Source: Minisyncoccia bacterium
GTDB lineage: Bacteria; Patescibacteriota; Minisyncoccia; Phycocordibacterales; UBA9973
Length of the DNA: 64,000 bases
Direction of reading: 5' to 3'
Assembly (NCBI GenBank): GCA_039809265.1
Contig: JBDHUR010000002.1
Coordinates: forward strand, 15,461-79,460
The translations under genes were made by a program, and so were the position numbers. Below are positions 20,086 to 29,872 of this stretch, piece by piece; the stretch's first letter is position 1, and each line of letters starts with the position of its first letter. The notes below the pieces were generated by a model. That model was not told the origin of the DNA. It saw only the letters and a program-made list of their open reading frames with translations, and made no database searches.

Positions 20086-21564
20086 ATGGAAAATAAATCC
20101 GGCTCCAATAACTTGCGCTGGATGATATTGCTCACTGTTATTGTGGGCACGTTTTTGGGGCGCTTGGATCAGACTATCGTCAACCTTGCATTACCTAAAA
20201 TCATAAATGAATTTGACATCACTGTTTCTGCTGCTGGCTGGATAGCGACAGCATACATACTTGCCAATGCTATCTTTGTGCCTATATGGGGAAAGCTCGG
20301 AGACACTTGGGGCAGGAAGCGCGTTTATATTCTAGGTTTTTCTTTGTTTATAGTTGGCTCAGTTCTTGCCGGTCTTGCATGGAATTTATCTTCAATGATA
20401 GTTTTCCGTGTTATTCAAGCCATAGCTGGCTCTGCAGACTACCCGACAGCGATGGCTATTATTGCCGTGACTTTTAAGGAGGGCAAAGAGCGCGCGCAAG
20501 CTCTTGGTATATGGTCTTCATCTTTCGCAGCGGCATCTGTTTTTGGACCGCTTCTCGGTGGGCCACTTATAGATATTTTCGGCTGGAGGTCTGTTTTTTT
20601 GGTTAACTTGCCTATAGGATTGCTTGGAGTTTACATGGCAATGCGATATATAAATGAGTCCAAGTCCGAGCAAAAGATAAAATTCTTTGACTGGTGGGGC
20701 GCGATAACTTTAGGCGGCGCGTTGTCGGCTTTGGTGCTTGTTTTGGATAAAGGTGCAGACTGGGGGTGGACTTCGGTAACGGCTATCATTTGTTATTTTG
20801 TCACGCTTTTGCTTTTTTATATATTTGTAAAAGTAGAGCATAAAGCACCAGAGCCGCTTGTAGATTTGCGGTTTTTCAAGATACCGGCTTTTGTCAATAC
20901 GCTCGGAAATAACTTTGTTGTATTCATGGGTATGATGGGCGGACTTTTTCTTATACCGGTTTTTGCTCAGACATTCCTTGGCTACAATGCTACAGAGTCC
21001 GGATACTTGTTCATGCCAATGGCTGCTGCGCTTATGCTTGCATCTCCGATAGGCGGTTCATTGACGGGTAAAGTTCAGCCGCGCTACGTTATATTTACAA
21101 GTACTTTGGTGTCTGCTATAGGGATTTTTATGTTTTCATTCCTAGACCCAAAGTCTACCGCGCTTGATATCATCATACCTCTTTCTATCATGGCATTTGG
21201 TTTAGGTTTTGGCATGGCGCAGCGTACAAATATAATTGCGTCTGTTGTTGACCCAAGTGAAATAGGTGTCTCATCTTCCATTTTGGCGCTTGCAAGAAAT
21301 GTTGCGGGAGCTTTCGGTATTGCGATTTTTGGTACTTTGTTGAAGAACAGAGTAACTACAAATATTACTAATATTGCTGACCATAGTTTACTAAATGATC
21401 CAGGTCAGGCAGGTACATACTTGTCTTTGGTTTCTTTGAAAGCACAGATATTGGCATATGATTATGTTTTTGTCATCGCATCCATCTTTGTAGCAGTCGG
21501 TGCTTTTGCCGTGCTGTACTTAAAAGTGAAAGAAAAAGTCGGCGTAACAGTTCATGTAGAATAA
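20086..21564 (+). CDS. DHA2 (EmrB/QacA) MFS efflux transporter
   Basis: LDQTIVNLALP, GKLGDTWGRKR, FGWRSVFLVNLPIG; ~14 TM. Confidence 0.92.
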   Translation: MENKSGSNNLRWMILLTVIVGTFLGRLDQTIVNLALPKIINEFDITVSAAGWIATAYILANAIFVPIWGKLGDTWGRKRVYILGFSLFIVGSVLAGLAWNLSSMIVFRVIQAIAGSADYPTAMAIIAVTFKEGKERAQALGIWSSSFAAASVFGPLLGGPLIDIFGWRSVFLVNLPIGLLGVYMAMRYINESKSEQKIKFFDWWGAITLGGALSALVLVLDKGADWGWTSVTAIICYFVTLLLFYIFVKVEHKAPEPLVDLRFFKIPAFVNTLGNNFVVFMGMMGGLFLIPVFAQTFLGYNATESGYLFMPMAAALMLASPIGGSLTGKVQPRYVIFTSTLVSAIGIFMFSFLDPKSTALDIIIPLSIMAFGLGFGMAQRTNIIASVVDPSEIGVSSSILALARNVAGAFGIAIFGTLLKNRVTTNITNIADHSLLNDPGQAGTYLSLVSLKAQILAYDYVFVIASIFVAVGAFAVLYLKVKEKVGVTVHVE

Positions 21565-21626
21565 TTAATATCAATTGTTTTTTATGTTATAATAGCAAGG
21601 TTGTTAGTTTAATTTATTGAAATCTT

Positions 21627-22322
21627 ATGAAATTCAATTTTAGCGTTTCGGAACATATTAAAAAATCTTGGCCACTGTATAGCAAAAACTTCGGTGCCAT
21701 GGTGCTCTTTGGGCTAGTCTATTTTGTAGCACAATACATGATGCAGAAAGAAGGCAGCTTCGTCGTACTCATGCTTGCGATAGTCGCTAGTTTAGTGCTG
21801 AGCTACACATGGATCAAATCATTACTCGCACTTATAGGCGGGCACGAGTTTAGGCCTTTCAGTAAAACTATGTTACCAAGGCTGCCAGAGCTGTGGAACT
21901 ATGCCAAGACCATGATTTTGACTAGCTTCTTTACGCTAGTTGGGCTTATTCTTCTCGTAATTCCTGGTATATATGTTGCTGGACGCTTGGTATTTGCTCC
22001 TTACATTGCTGTATCAAAAGGTTATGGTGCGCGGAAGTCTGTCAGAGAGTCTTGGGAGATGACACATGGACACGGCTGGGTGCTTGTTTGGAAAACTATC
22101 TTGATAGGTCTGTTTGGCTGCATAGGCATTATTGCTTTTGGCATCGGTATTTTGTTCACTGGTCCTATGTCATATATAGTCAAGGCTATGCTTTACAAAG
22201 AGTTTGCAAAATTTTCAGATAAAGAAAATGCTGATGCAACTACAAGCGGTGACGCAGACGCGAAAGAGGAAGTTGTTGTAGAAGAGGAAGTGGTAGAAGT
22301 TATCGCTGAAAAAGTTTCTTAA
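21627..22322 (+). CDS. Integral membrane hypothetical protein
   Basis: Several TM; LLVIPGIY...SWEMTHG; acidic tail. Confidence 0.75.
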   Translation: MKFNFSVSEHIKKSWPLYSKNFGAMVLFGLVYFVAQYMMQKEGSFVVLMLAIVASLVLSYTWIKSLLALIGGHEFRPFSKTMLPRLPELWNYAKTMILTSFFTLVGLILLVIPGIYVAGRLVFAPYIAVSKGYGARKSVRESWEMTHGHGWVLVWKTILIGLFGCIGIIAFGIGILFTGPMSYIVKAMLYKEFAKFSDKENADATTSGDADAKEEVVVEEEVVEVIAEKVS

Positions 22323-22323
22323 C

Positions 22324-23094
22324 ATGAAGCACAAGAAAAAGCCGGAGAAGAAAGTCTATATTTACGGAAAGCACGCTGTTTCCGAGGCTCTTCGTCATGC
22401 ACCAAAGTCTTTGCGCAAGATATATCTTTCTCCTAGACAAGAAGACCCAAAACTCCGAGTTTTGATTGCAAAGTCTGGAATACCTGTAGCTCCGCTAGAT
22501 AAGGACAAAATGCAGTCTATAGATGGCGGTAGCACACACCAAGGTGTTATCGGTGTGGTAGCTATGGATCAGATGATCATATCACTTAAAGATTTTTTGA
22601 AAGAATTGAAGGTAACAAACGATACTTGTCTCATACTTATGTCCGAACTTCAAGATCCGCACAATGTCGGTGCTGTCATTAGAAGCTCTGCGGCTTTTGG
22701 ATTGGCTGGAGTACTAATGCCGGAGCATAAGCAATCTCCTATAACTGGGGCTGTAGTAAAGGTGTCTGCTGGGATGGCTTTCCGTATACCGCTTGTAAAG
22801 ATAGGCAATATAAACCAGTCTGTGCGAGAGCTTAAAGACGCTGGATTTAGAATATATGGTCTGGAAGGGGAAGGTGGTGAGCCATTACCTGCACAGAATT
22901 TTTCTGAGCCAACTGTTTTTATTATCGGTAATGAAGGAGAAGGAATAAGACAGAAAACAAAAGAGCTTTGTGACAAGCTTGTAGCTATACCTATACACCC
23001 AAGGTGTGAATCATTAAATGCTTCCAATGCAACAGCTGTGGCTTTGTATGCATGGAGCACAAAGCACCCAGGCGCAATACCCACAAAGAAGTAG
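22324..23094 (+). CDS. rlmB: 23S rRNA 2'-O-methyltransferase, TrmH/RlmB family
   Basis: IYGKHAV, HQGV, QDPHNVGAVIRS, IGNEGEG, ESLNAS. Confidence 0.9.
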   Translation: MKHKKKPEKKVYIYGKHAVSEALRHAPKSLRKIYLSPRQEDPKLRVLIAKSGIPVAPLDKDKMQSIDGGSTHQGVIGVVAMDQMIISLKDFLKELKVTNDTCLILMSELQDPHNVGAVIRSSAAFGLAGVLMPEHKQSPITGAVVKVSAGMAFRIPLVKIGNINQSVRELKDAGFRIYGLEGEGGEPLPAQNFSEPTVFIIGNEGEGIRQKTKELCDKLVAIPIHPRCESLNASNATAVALYAWSTKHPGAIPTKK

Positions 23095-23164
23095 TTGACA
23101 AACTTATGTATTTGTGATAAACTCCTGAAAAGTAGATAAATTAAACATTCAAAATTAAATAAAA

Positions 23165-23632
23165 ATGAGAAAAGTTATCATCATGGCGTTAGTCGCCATC
23201 GCTCCTGTAATGACTGCTTGGAGTCAGCAAGTTATTTTTGATAAAATGCTCGAGGCAAGGCTGAGTTTAAACAAAAATCCGGCTTCAGAGTATAGTGTGC
23301 CATTACAATTATCTAGAGAATTTATACCTGCTGTTGCCATAAGTCGTGTGCCCCCGGGACATTGGCAATATGTTTACTCTTCACTTTCAAACGAGAAAGG
23401 TATTTTAAGCGCTGAACTTCAAAACGTAATAGAAGATCAAGCAAGAAATGGATTGCTTAGCGAATATGGAAACTTGTTTGCTGTGAATGATTCTTTGGTT
23501 AAAGAGGACAAGGTGGGATACTTTGTATTTGTAAGCAGAGAAAATAATGCAGACAAATGGTTTGCTGCCCAAGTTAAATTTGGTGACAACGTTAAACCAC
23601 TTTTAGGTGCTGTTATTTATACTCGGAGGTGA
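23165..23632 (+). CDS. Hypothetical secreted protein
   Basis: Signal-peptide-like N-terminus; upstream TTGACA promoter. Confidence 0.6.
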   Translation: MRKVIIMALVAIAPVMTAWSQQVIFDKMLEARLSLNKNPASEYSVPLQLSREFIPAVAISRVPPGHWQYVYSSLSNEKGILSAELQNVIEDQARNGLLSEYGNLFAVNDSLVKEDKVGYFVFVSRENNADKWFAAQVKFGDNVKPLLGAVIYTRR

Positions 23633-23650
23633 TCTCGGTTCTAAAATTAA

Positions 23651-23680
23651 AAAACCCTACGTTTGTTGCGTAGGGTTTTT
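23651..23680. terminator. Bidirectional terminator between convergent genes
   Basis: aaaaccctacg-tttgttg-cgtagggtttt. Confidence 0.75.
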
Positions 23681-23689
23681 AGATGTTTA

Positions 23690-24158
23690 TTATATCCAAA
23701 CTTCAAAACAAAACCATCCAAATACTGGGTCACCACCAAAACTGTTTCCAGTAGTTCCTGGTGGGTAACTACCACCAGCGTACCAGTTACCAAAGGTAGA
23801 AAAATAACATGTATCAGCAACATGAACTGGTTTTTCGTTGCTTTGATTATTTTGATTTGCAATTATAGCTTCACTTAAACTGCCATATTTTTTGATTCCA
23901 ATGGAAGAGAATATTTTTACTAAGTCTTCCGAGTTTTTCATTGGCTGGACATTTGCTACTGTTTTTATTCCAGTTTTTGCAAACTCATTATTTATATATT
24001 CGTTAAGTTTATTTGACACACCATTTTCACTTGTTCCAGCTTTTATGCTCGCTGCGTCTTGCTGTGTCCCACTTTTATTGAAAGTGAAAAAACCTAAAAC
24101 AGCTATTATTGCTAATAAAAGCACAATTATGATCAATGTAGAGTTATTTTTTTTGCAT
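23690..24158 (-). CDS. Membrane-anchored orphan protein, QxAAS-motif family; frameshifted at an A8 tract after ATG 24158
   Basis: TM, then QDAASIKA; C-terminal Cys pair; ATG CAA AAA AAA TAA would read MQKNNSTLIIIV with A7. Confidence 0.7.
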
Positions 24159-24939
24159 AATTTTAATAATAAATTGATAATCTTCTAATAATTAAAACCA
24201 CTCGCATTATATCTTTTTAGTGCCTATGATGTAAGTGGATATCTTTTAAGTATTTTACGGGGCAGGAATTATTATTTTTTACATTTTTACCTATCAGTAT
24301 GTGTAGCTAGAAGTGTGATTGTGGGCACAGCAAGTATAAATGGTGAAGAATTATTCAAAATCCTTAAAAAAAGAACAAGTATAACCAGCGCTAATTCACC
24401 AACTAGATTTACCAATCCACGCAAGTCTAGCTAGTATTTTGTATACTTATTTTTTATGCAGGATTTAAAAATTCAAGCGAATGTATAGTAATCTCGACAA
24501 ACTTTTTAGATATTTATTTGGTTTTAGTTAGTACATCTTTTATAGATTTATTTTTAAAATTTTCTATGTCTTTGCATGTTGTGCATGCTATGTGATGACG
24601 GTATGGAAACTTGGAGTACTAGTACTTAGCACGCTCGCTGTATAACATTTCTTTGTTTTATAAATATAAACATTTCGTACGTAGTAAATCAGAATTTTCG
24701 TTTTTAAGCATAAATATTGATAATATGTTGATAACTTAATGAAATAAAATTGGTTACTTATTCGTGTGGTTTTCTCTATCATTGTTTTTTATTTAAATAA
24801 AAAGGATATTTGGGTAGGGAGGTTAACTTGCTTGACAAATCTTTTAAAAAGTGTATGATACGAAGATTATTAAGAATAGTGTCGAATTATTGGTACAATC
24901 AATTTGTAGATTACAAGTTTAGTATAAAAATTAAGGCTT

Positions 24940-27876
24940 ATGTATACTTTTTTTACAGCTCGCAAGAATATTTTTTCAAAGTTTCTTGGCGTGCTCATGA
25001 TAGTTGCAGTTATATTCCCGACATCAGCTGTTGCTCCGCGTGCTTTCGCTGAAGGCGAGCCGGTAGTAGACACAGCTGTAAGCGTGGAAGTGCTTCCTGT
25101 AGGTCAGCCTGAGAAGCCAACTGAAGAAGTTGCTCCGGCGCAGACTAAAGATGAAGTTCTGGTCGAAGATAATAATAAAGAAGAAACCCTAGGCGACAAA
25201 GCCGTTGACGAAAACGGAAAGCCTGTGATGGGTTATTATGTTGCTATTCCAGAGCTTACTGCAGTTAGTCAAGAAGTTCTAGGCGCCTCGGTATCCGGTG
25301 TTGATATGGGTGAGGCGGAGCAATGCCCAGCAGAGACTTTGACTATCCAAAGCGATGGCTCAGAGACTTACGGAGGCGGTTCGAACAATGCTGTAGCTAC
25401 TTGGGTGCACCCAAACTGGATTACTATTCCAGGGGCTCAGTGGATATGGGACTCTTTTAACGTATCAGACCCAACCAACGACCAAACTCAAACTTTTGAG
25501 AGGAATTTTGTAATTCCTGGCGTGGCACAAGCAGCTACACTTCAGATAGCTAGCGACAACTCTTACAAAGTGAGCGTAAATTCAAATACAGATGTATTTT
25601 CCGATGCCTTGGAAGATAACTACTCTGCAGTAGATACTTACGCTGGTGATATCTCAAACGCCGGCACGGACCTTGTGGACTACCTAAATGAAGGCGGCAA
25701 TACGCTAAACTTTGAAGTTAAGAACTGGGCGCAAGCAGGTGCAAGTGCTGAATCAAATCCAGCAGGTCTTACATACCAGCTCGATGTTACTTACATCCCG
25801 ACTGACTGTAAGGGTAATGGAAAGGATGAAGGTACTATCACTGTTACAAAGGTTGTTGCAAACAGCAATGAACCTGTTTCCAGCTTCCCATTGTTCGTAA
25901 GTGGAACTCCGGTTGTATCTGGTATTCCTGCTACTTTTGATGCGGGGGTATATACGGTCACAGAAACAAATCTTCCAAACTTCATAGCTTCTTTCTCTGG
26001 TGCATGTAACGCGAATGGAGAAATTACGCTAAACAAAGATCAGGATCTAAATTGTACTGTTACAAATACTTATGTTCCTCCGGCAACTCCTGCCTACTGC
26101 GGCGACAACATTGTAAACCAGCCATGGGAACAGTGTGATGGTTCAGCAAGCTGTACAGCACAATGTCAGTTTGAGGGGCAGTGCGTAGATAAAGCTTTTG
26201 CTAAAGTCACTATTGATAATGTGGCAAACCTAGGAGGAGCTTCAGGTATGACACCAGACGTATATGTTGGTGGAAGTTCTGTTGCAAACAAAATTCCTTC
26301 TGGAACATGGTTCCTTATCCATGATGGTGTAAACCCGATAGTAGACACTTCTGCTGTTTCCCCAGATCAGTCAACTGGTTACATAAATGTTCCCGGACTC
26401 GCTGTAGAGCGCCGAAATGGTGAAGTATTCCTTGGTATATATGGAGGATACGCAAGTAGCAGTGCAAAGGAGCATGTAGATGGAAAGCTTGAATTCTTTA
26501 ATACTTCTGCTACTGGTCAAACTACAGGTACTAATAATCCTAAAGTAGAAGGTGCCTTTAACGGCACAGGATTTGGCGGTTATGCTGACACTAACGATGA
26601 AGTTCGTTTGAACGGAGGAGTATCAGAGTTCTCTATGACAACAAATCACAACTCTGACGGGTTTGAAACTCAGTATGCTCCAGTCGCGGGACAGTGTGCA
26701 GAGATAACTGTTGTAAAGCATGTTGTAAACGATAGCGATAACGGTTCCAAGGTTGCTAGCGACTTTACTATGCACCTTGACTCTGCTTCTGGTCCATATA
26801 CATTTGCTGGATCAGAAACAGGTACTACTTACTCTGTGAATGCAGGTGCTTACTCTGTGTCAGAATCTTCTGATTTCGGTGGATACACAGGCTCTATGAG
26901 TTCAGACTGTTCTGGAACTTTGGCTGTAGGCGAAAGCAAGACTTGTACTGTGACCAACGATGATTCTCACTACAGTGCCTACTGCGGCGACAACATTGTA
27001 AACCAGCCATGGGAACAGTGTGATGGTTCAGCAAGCTGTACAGCACAATGTCAGTTTGAGGGGCAGTGTACCGAAAAAGCATTCGCTCGTGTAAATGTTA
27101 CAAATGTTACGGATACAAATACTGTAGGCACACTTACTTCTGATATCTTTGTTGGTGGTACAAATTCAAATGCACTTGTGATTCCACAAGGAGCATGGTT
27201 CATGATATTTGATGGCACAAACACTTTAATAGACAACAGAACTAATGGCAGTGGATACTTCAATGTTCCAGGTATTGCTGTGCAGCGTATAAAAGCTGGC
27301 GGTGCACGTCTTTTGACAGGTATATTTGGACAAAACAATGAAAGTAATAACAATATTAAACACGCAGAAGGTAACATAGAATTCTTCAATACTTCTGCTG
27401 CGTCTATTACAGATGGTCCTGGCTCCATGCATCTCGAGAACGGTTTTGACACTTCTGGTTTTGGTGGTTTGAATCATGCAGACGATGAAGTATATCTAAA
27501 CTCTGGGGTGTCTTACTTCTCTTTGGGGACAAGCTCACAGGGCGATGCTTTTGCTACATATTATGCAAAACCACAGTCTTGTTCTGACGATGATGGTGGT
27601 GATAATGGATCAGGCACAAATGGTGCTGGCGGCTCAGGTTCTGGAGGTACTGGGGGCGGAGGTGCTGTTATATTGCCTTCCGATACTTCTAGTCCTACAG
27701 TTCTTGGTGCAAGCATCGCGGATCCAATAGATGGCGCAGGTGGCGCAGGCGAGACAGGCCAAGTACTTGGCGAATCTCTAGCACAGACAGGTGTTCCGCT
27801 TTCTTTCCCGATGATTCTTTCCGTATTCCTTGCTATTGCGACTATTGTAGTAACTAGGAAGGAAAAGTTTATCTAA
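24940..27876 (+). CDS. Sortase-anchored multidomain surface protein (SpaA-like Ig folds, Cys-rich DUF4215-like repeats)
   Basis: Signal peptide (RAFA); ITVTKVV..YTVTE..CTVTN x2; CGDNIVNQPWEQCDG x2; C-terminal LAQTG + TM + RKEK. Confidence 0.88.
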   Translation: MYTFFTARKNIFSKFLGVLMIVAVIFPTSAVAPRAFAEGEPVVDTAVSVEVLPVGQPEKPTEEVAPAQTKDEVLVEDNNKEETLGDKAVDENGKPVMGYYVAIPELTAVSQEVLGASVSGVDMGEAEQCPAETLTIQSDGSETYGGGSNNAVATWVHPNWITIPGAQWIWDSFNVSDPTNDQTQTFERNFVIPGVAQAATLQIASDNSYKVSVNSNTDVFSDALEDNYSAVDTYAGDISNAGTDLVDYLNEGGNTLNFEVKNWAQAGASAESNPAGLTYQLDVTYIPTDCKGNGKDEGTITVTKVVANSNEPVSSFPLFVSGTPVVSGIPATFDAGVYTVTETNLPNFIASFSGACNANGEITLNKDQDLNCTVTNTYVPPATPAYCGDNIVNQPWEQCDGSASCTAQCQFEGQCVDKAFAKVTIDNVANLGGASGMTPDVYVGGSSVANKIPSGTWFLIHDGVNPIVDTSAVSPDQSTGYINVPGLAVERRNGEVFLGIYGGYASSSAKEHVDGKLEFFNTSATGQTTGTNNPKVEGAFNGTGFGGYADTNDEVRLNGGVSEFSMTTNHNSDGFETQYAPVAGQCAEITVVKHVVNDSDNGSKVASDFTMHLDSASGPYTFAGSETGTTYSVNAGAYSVSESSDFGGYTGSMSSDCSGTLAVGESKTCTVTNDDSHYSAYCGDNIVNQPWEQCDGSASCTAQCQFEGQCTEKAFARVNVTNVTDTNTVGTLTSDIFVGGTNSNALVIPQGAWFMIFDGTNTLIDNRTNGSGYFNVPGIAVQRIKAGGARLLTGIFGQNNESNNNIKHAEGNIEFFNTSAASITDGPGSMHLENGFDTSGFGGLNHADDEVYLNSGVSYFSLGTSSQGDAFATYYAKPQSCSDDDGGDNGSGTNGAGGSGSGGTGGGGAVILPSDTSSPTVLGASIADPIDGAGGAGETGQVLGESLAQTGVPLSFPMILSVFLAIATIVVTRKEKFI
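26091..26183 (+). repeat. 93-bp exact direct repeat, copy 1
   Basis: Identical to 26976-27068. Confidence 0.9.
26976..27068 (+). repeat. 93-bp exact direct repeat, copy 2
   Basis: Identical to 26091-26183. Confidence 0.9.
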
Positions 27877-27895
27877 ATTTGTAAAAATGCAAATT

Positions 27896-27923
27896 CAAAA
27901 ACGAGCCGCTAGGCTCGTTTTTG
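27896..27923 (+). terminator. Intrinsic terminator
   Basis: caaaaacgagcc-gcta-ggctcgtttttg. Confidence 0.7.
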
Positions 27924-27946
27924 TTTTGGTTGTATAATATTCAAGT

Positions 27947-28534
27947 ATGAAGCTGGACAAGAAACTTTCTGCATTGAAACGAACAAATAAAATACTTGAA
28001 TACATCATTTACGCGATCTGTCTGCTTGTTATTATATTGCCATATATTCCTAAATTCTCCTTTTGGGCAGAAAAATATGTTTTTGCCGATACAACATATA
28101 ATGCAGCAGAGTCTATGCCGGATTATGATTTGTCTTATGACCACCTTATCATCCCGTCTATTGTGGTGGATAGGAAAATCGTAGAGGCGGACAACATGAA
28201 GCAAGTGCACGAAAATGTCTGGCGCAGGCCGCGTGGTAGTACACCAGACAAAGGTAGCAACACTGTGCTGGTGGCGCACAGGTATGCAACTATAGGTGGT
28301 AACAGGGCAAGCACTTTTTATAATTTGCCTGAGCTTGTAAATGGCGATAAAATATATGTAGCTTGGCAAGGCAAGCTCTATACTTACGAAGTTTATGAGA
28401 CAGATACAGTAGAGCCTACAGCTATAGAGATAGAGGACCCGACAGCAGACCCGATACTTACGCTTTACACTTGCACCCCGCTTTGGACTGCTAGCCATAG
28501 GTTTGTAGTACGGGCGCGTTTGATAACACAATGA
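27947..28534 (+). CDS. Sortase
   Basis: N-terminal TM, catalytic His (VAHR), TLYTC, downstream Arg (HRFVV). Confidence 0.92.
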   Translation: MKLDKKLSALKRTNKILEYIIYAICLLVIILPYIPKFSFWAEKYVFADTTYNAAESMPDYDLSYDHLIIPSIVVDRKIVEADNMKQVHENVWRRPRGSTPDKGSNTVLVAHRYATIGGNRASTFYNLPELVNGDKIYVAWQGKLYTYEVYETDTVEPTAIEIEDPTADPILTLYTCTPLWTASHRFVVRARLITQ

Positions 28535-28722
28535 TATGTCCATAGAAAAATACAATACAAATAGGAAGTCTTACAAGGTGGAAATAGGCAAGCTGGTAAA
28601 GCTTCTAGTGCTGCTTTTGCTCGCAATTCTTTTGCTTTGGTATGCCAACCACAACTATGATGTGAATTTTGTAGATACTTTGTCATCTTGATTTTTTATA
28701 AATTATATGTTATAATACCAGT

Positions 28723-29799
28723 ATGTTAAAAGGTTTGAAAGATTATCTAGTGCCTCACGAAGGCAATGATCACAAGTCCCACATTTTCCGCGAAGCTTCT
28801 GTGCTTCTCGCGCTTTTCCTGATAGTTTTCCTTTTTGCTACATCTTTTGGTAGCCACTTTGTAGTTAAGTATACGAACATTCTTGGTAACGTAGAGTCTG
28901 CTGTCTTGGTAGACCTTACAAACCGCGATCGCCTCTCAAATGGCGAGGCAACTTTGACTGTCAGTCCTTTGCTTACTCAAGCCGCTGAAATGAAAGCAAA
29001 GGATATGGCGGAGAAGAGTTACTTTGCTCATACCAGCCCAGAAGGTCTGACCCCGTGGCACTGGTTTGAAGAAGTGAACTACCCATTCTCTTATGCTGGG
29101 GAAAATTTGGCGATAGACTTCCAAGAGTCCGAGTCTGTAGAGCAGGCTTGGCTTGCTTCACCAAAACACCGCGAGAATATAATGAACACAAACTTTACTG
29201 AGATCGGCATTGCCACATATAAAGGCATGTACAATGGCCACGAAACAACTTATGTTGTGCAGATGTTTGGCAAGCCTAAGAAGGCAAAAGTGGCTGTTGT
29301 GAAAACCACAACCACAAAAACTGCTACAACAGAAACTTTGGCTTCTGCCATAGGAACTCAGCCAGAAATAAAGTCTGAAGTTAAAGGGGAAGAGATAGAA
29401 GTAGTAGAAGAAACCCCTGTGGCTGTAGAGCAACCTGTGGAAGTGACAGAGACTGCGCCAACGCCACAATACCAAGTCTTGCAAGAAGATGAAAAGAACA
29501 TAGTTGTGCAAGATGTTTCTTCTGGTGCAGAAGAGGAGACTGCGCAAAATACACCAGTAAATACTGCTTATCAGAGTACATTTCTACAGCGTGTGTTTGT
29601 GAATCAGCCGCGCATAGTAGACTATGCATACAAAATATTGATGGCCATAGTTGCTATTGGTCTTGTCTTTTACATCGGGCACGAACTTAGAGCTGATAAT
29701 AGAAAGCATGTCATATACGGAGTGTTATTGCTTGTGATACTTTTGACGCTAGTATATATAAACCAAACTTTCATACTTACAGATCAGGTGCTGATGTAG
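28723..29799 (+). CDS. CAP/SCP-domain membrane protein
   Basis: KAKDMAEKSYFAHTSP, AGENLA, WLASPKHRENI, EIGI, VVQMFG; N- and C-terminal TMs. Confidence 0.9.
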   Translation: MLKGLKDYLVPHEGNDHKSHIFREASVLLALFLIVFLFATSFGSHFVVKYTNILGNVESAVLVDLTNRDRLSNGEATLTVSPLLTQAAEMKAKDMAEKSYFAHTSPEGLTPWHWFEEVNYPFSYAGENLAIDFQESESVEQAWLASPKHRENIMNTNFTEIGIATYKGMYNGHETTYVVQMFGKPKKAKVAVVKTTTTKTATTETLASAIGTQPEIKSEVKGEEIEVVEETPVAVEQPVEVTETAPTPQYQVLQEDEKNIVVQDVSSGAEEETAQNTPVNTAYQSTFLQRVFVNQPRIVDYAYKILMAIVAIGLVFYIGHELRADNRKHVIYGVLLLVILLTLVYINQTFILTDQVLM

Positions 29800-29807
29800 G
29801 AAGTCAG

Positions 29808-29872
29808 AAAATCCCCCGCCAAAAGTAAACTTTTGGCGGGGGATTTTGTATCCCAAAGTTTTCCACTTGCCA
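29808..29872. repeat. Dispersed ~65-bp palindrome-containing repeat, copy 2
   Basis: Matches 6720-6786 with C5/G5 instead of C6/G6. Confidence 0.9.

Noticed and set aside
17083-21564. Genomic island integrated at tRNA-Gln (similarly at tRNA-Arg)
   Set aside because: No duplicated tRNA 3' end or integrase seen
24160-24939. Replication origin
   Set aside because: AT-rich, but no cluster of DnaA boxes and no dnaA/dnaN nearby
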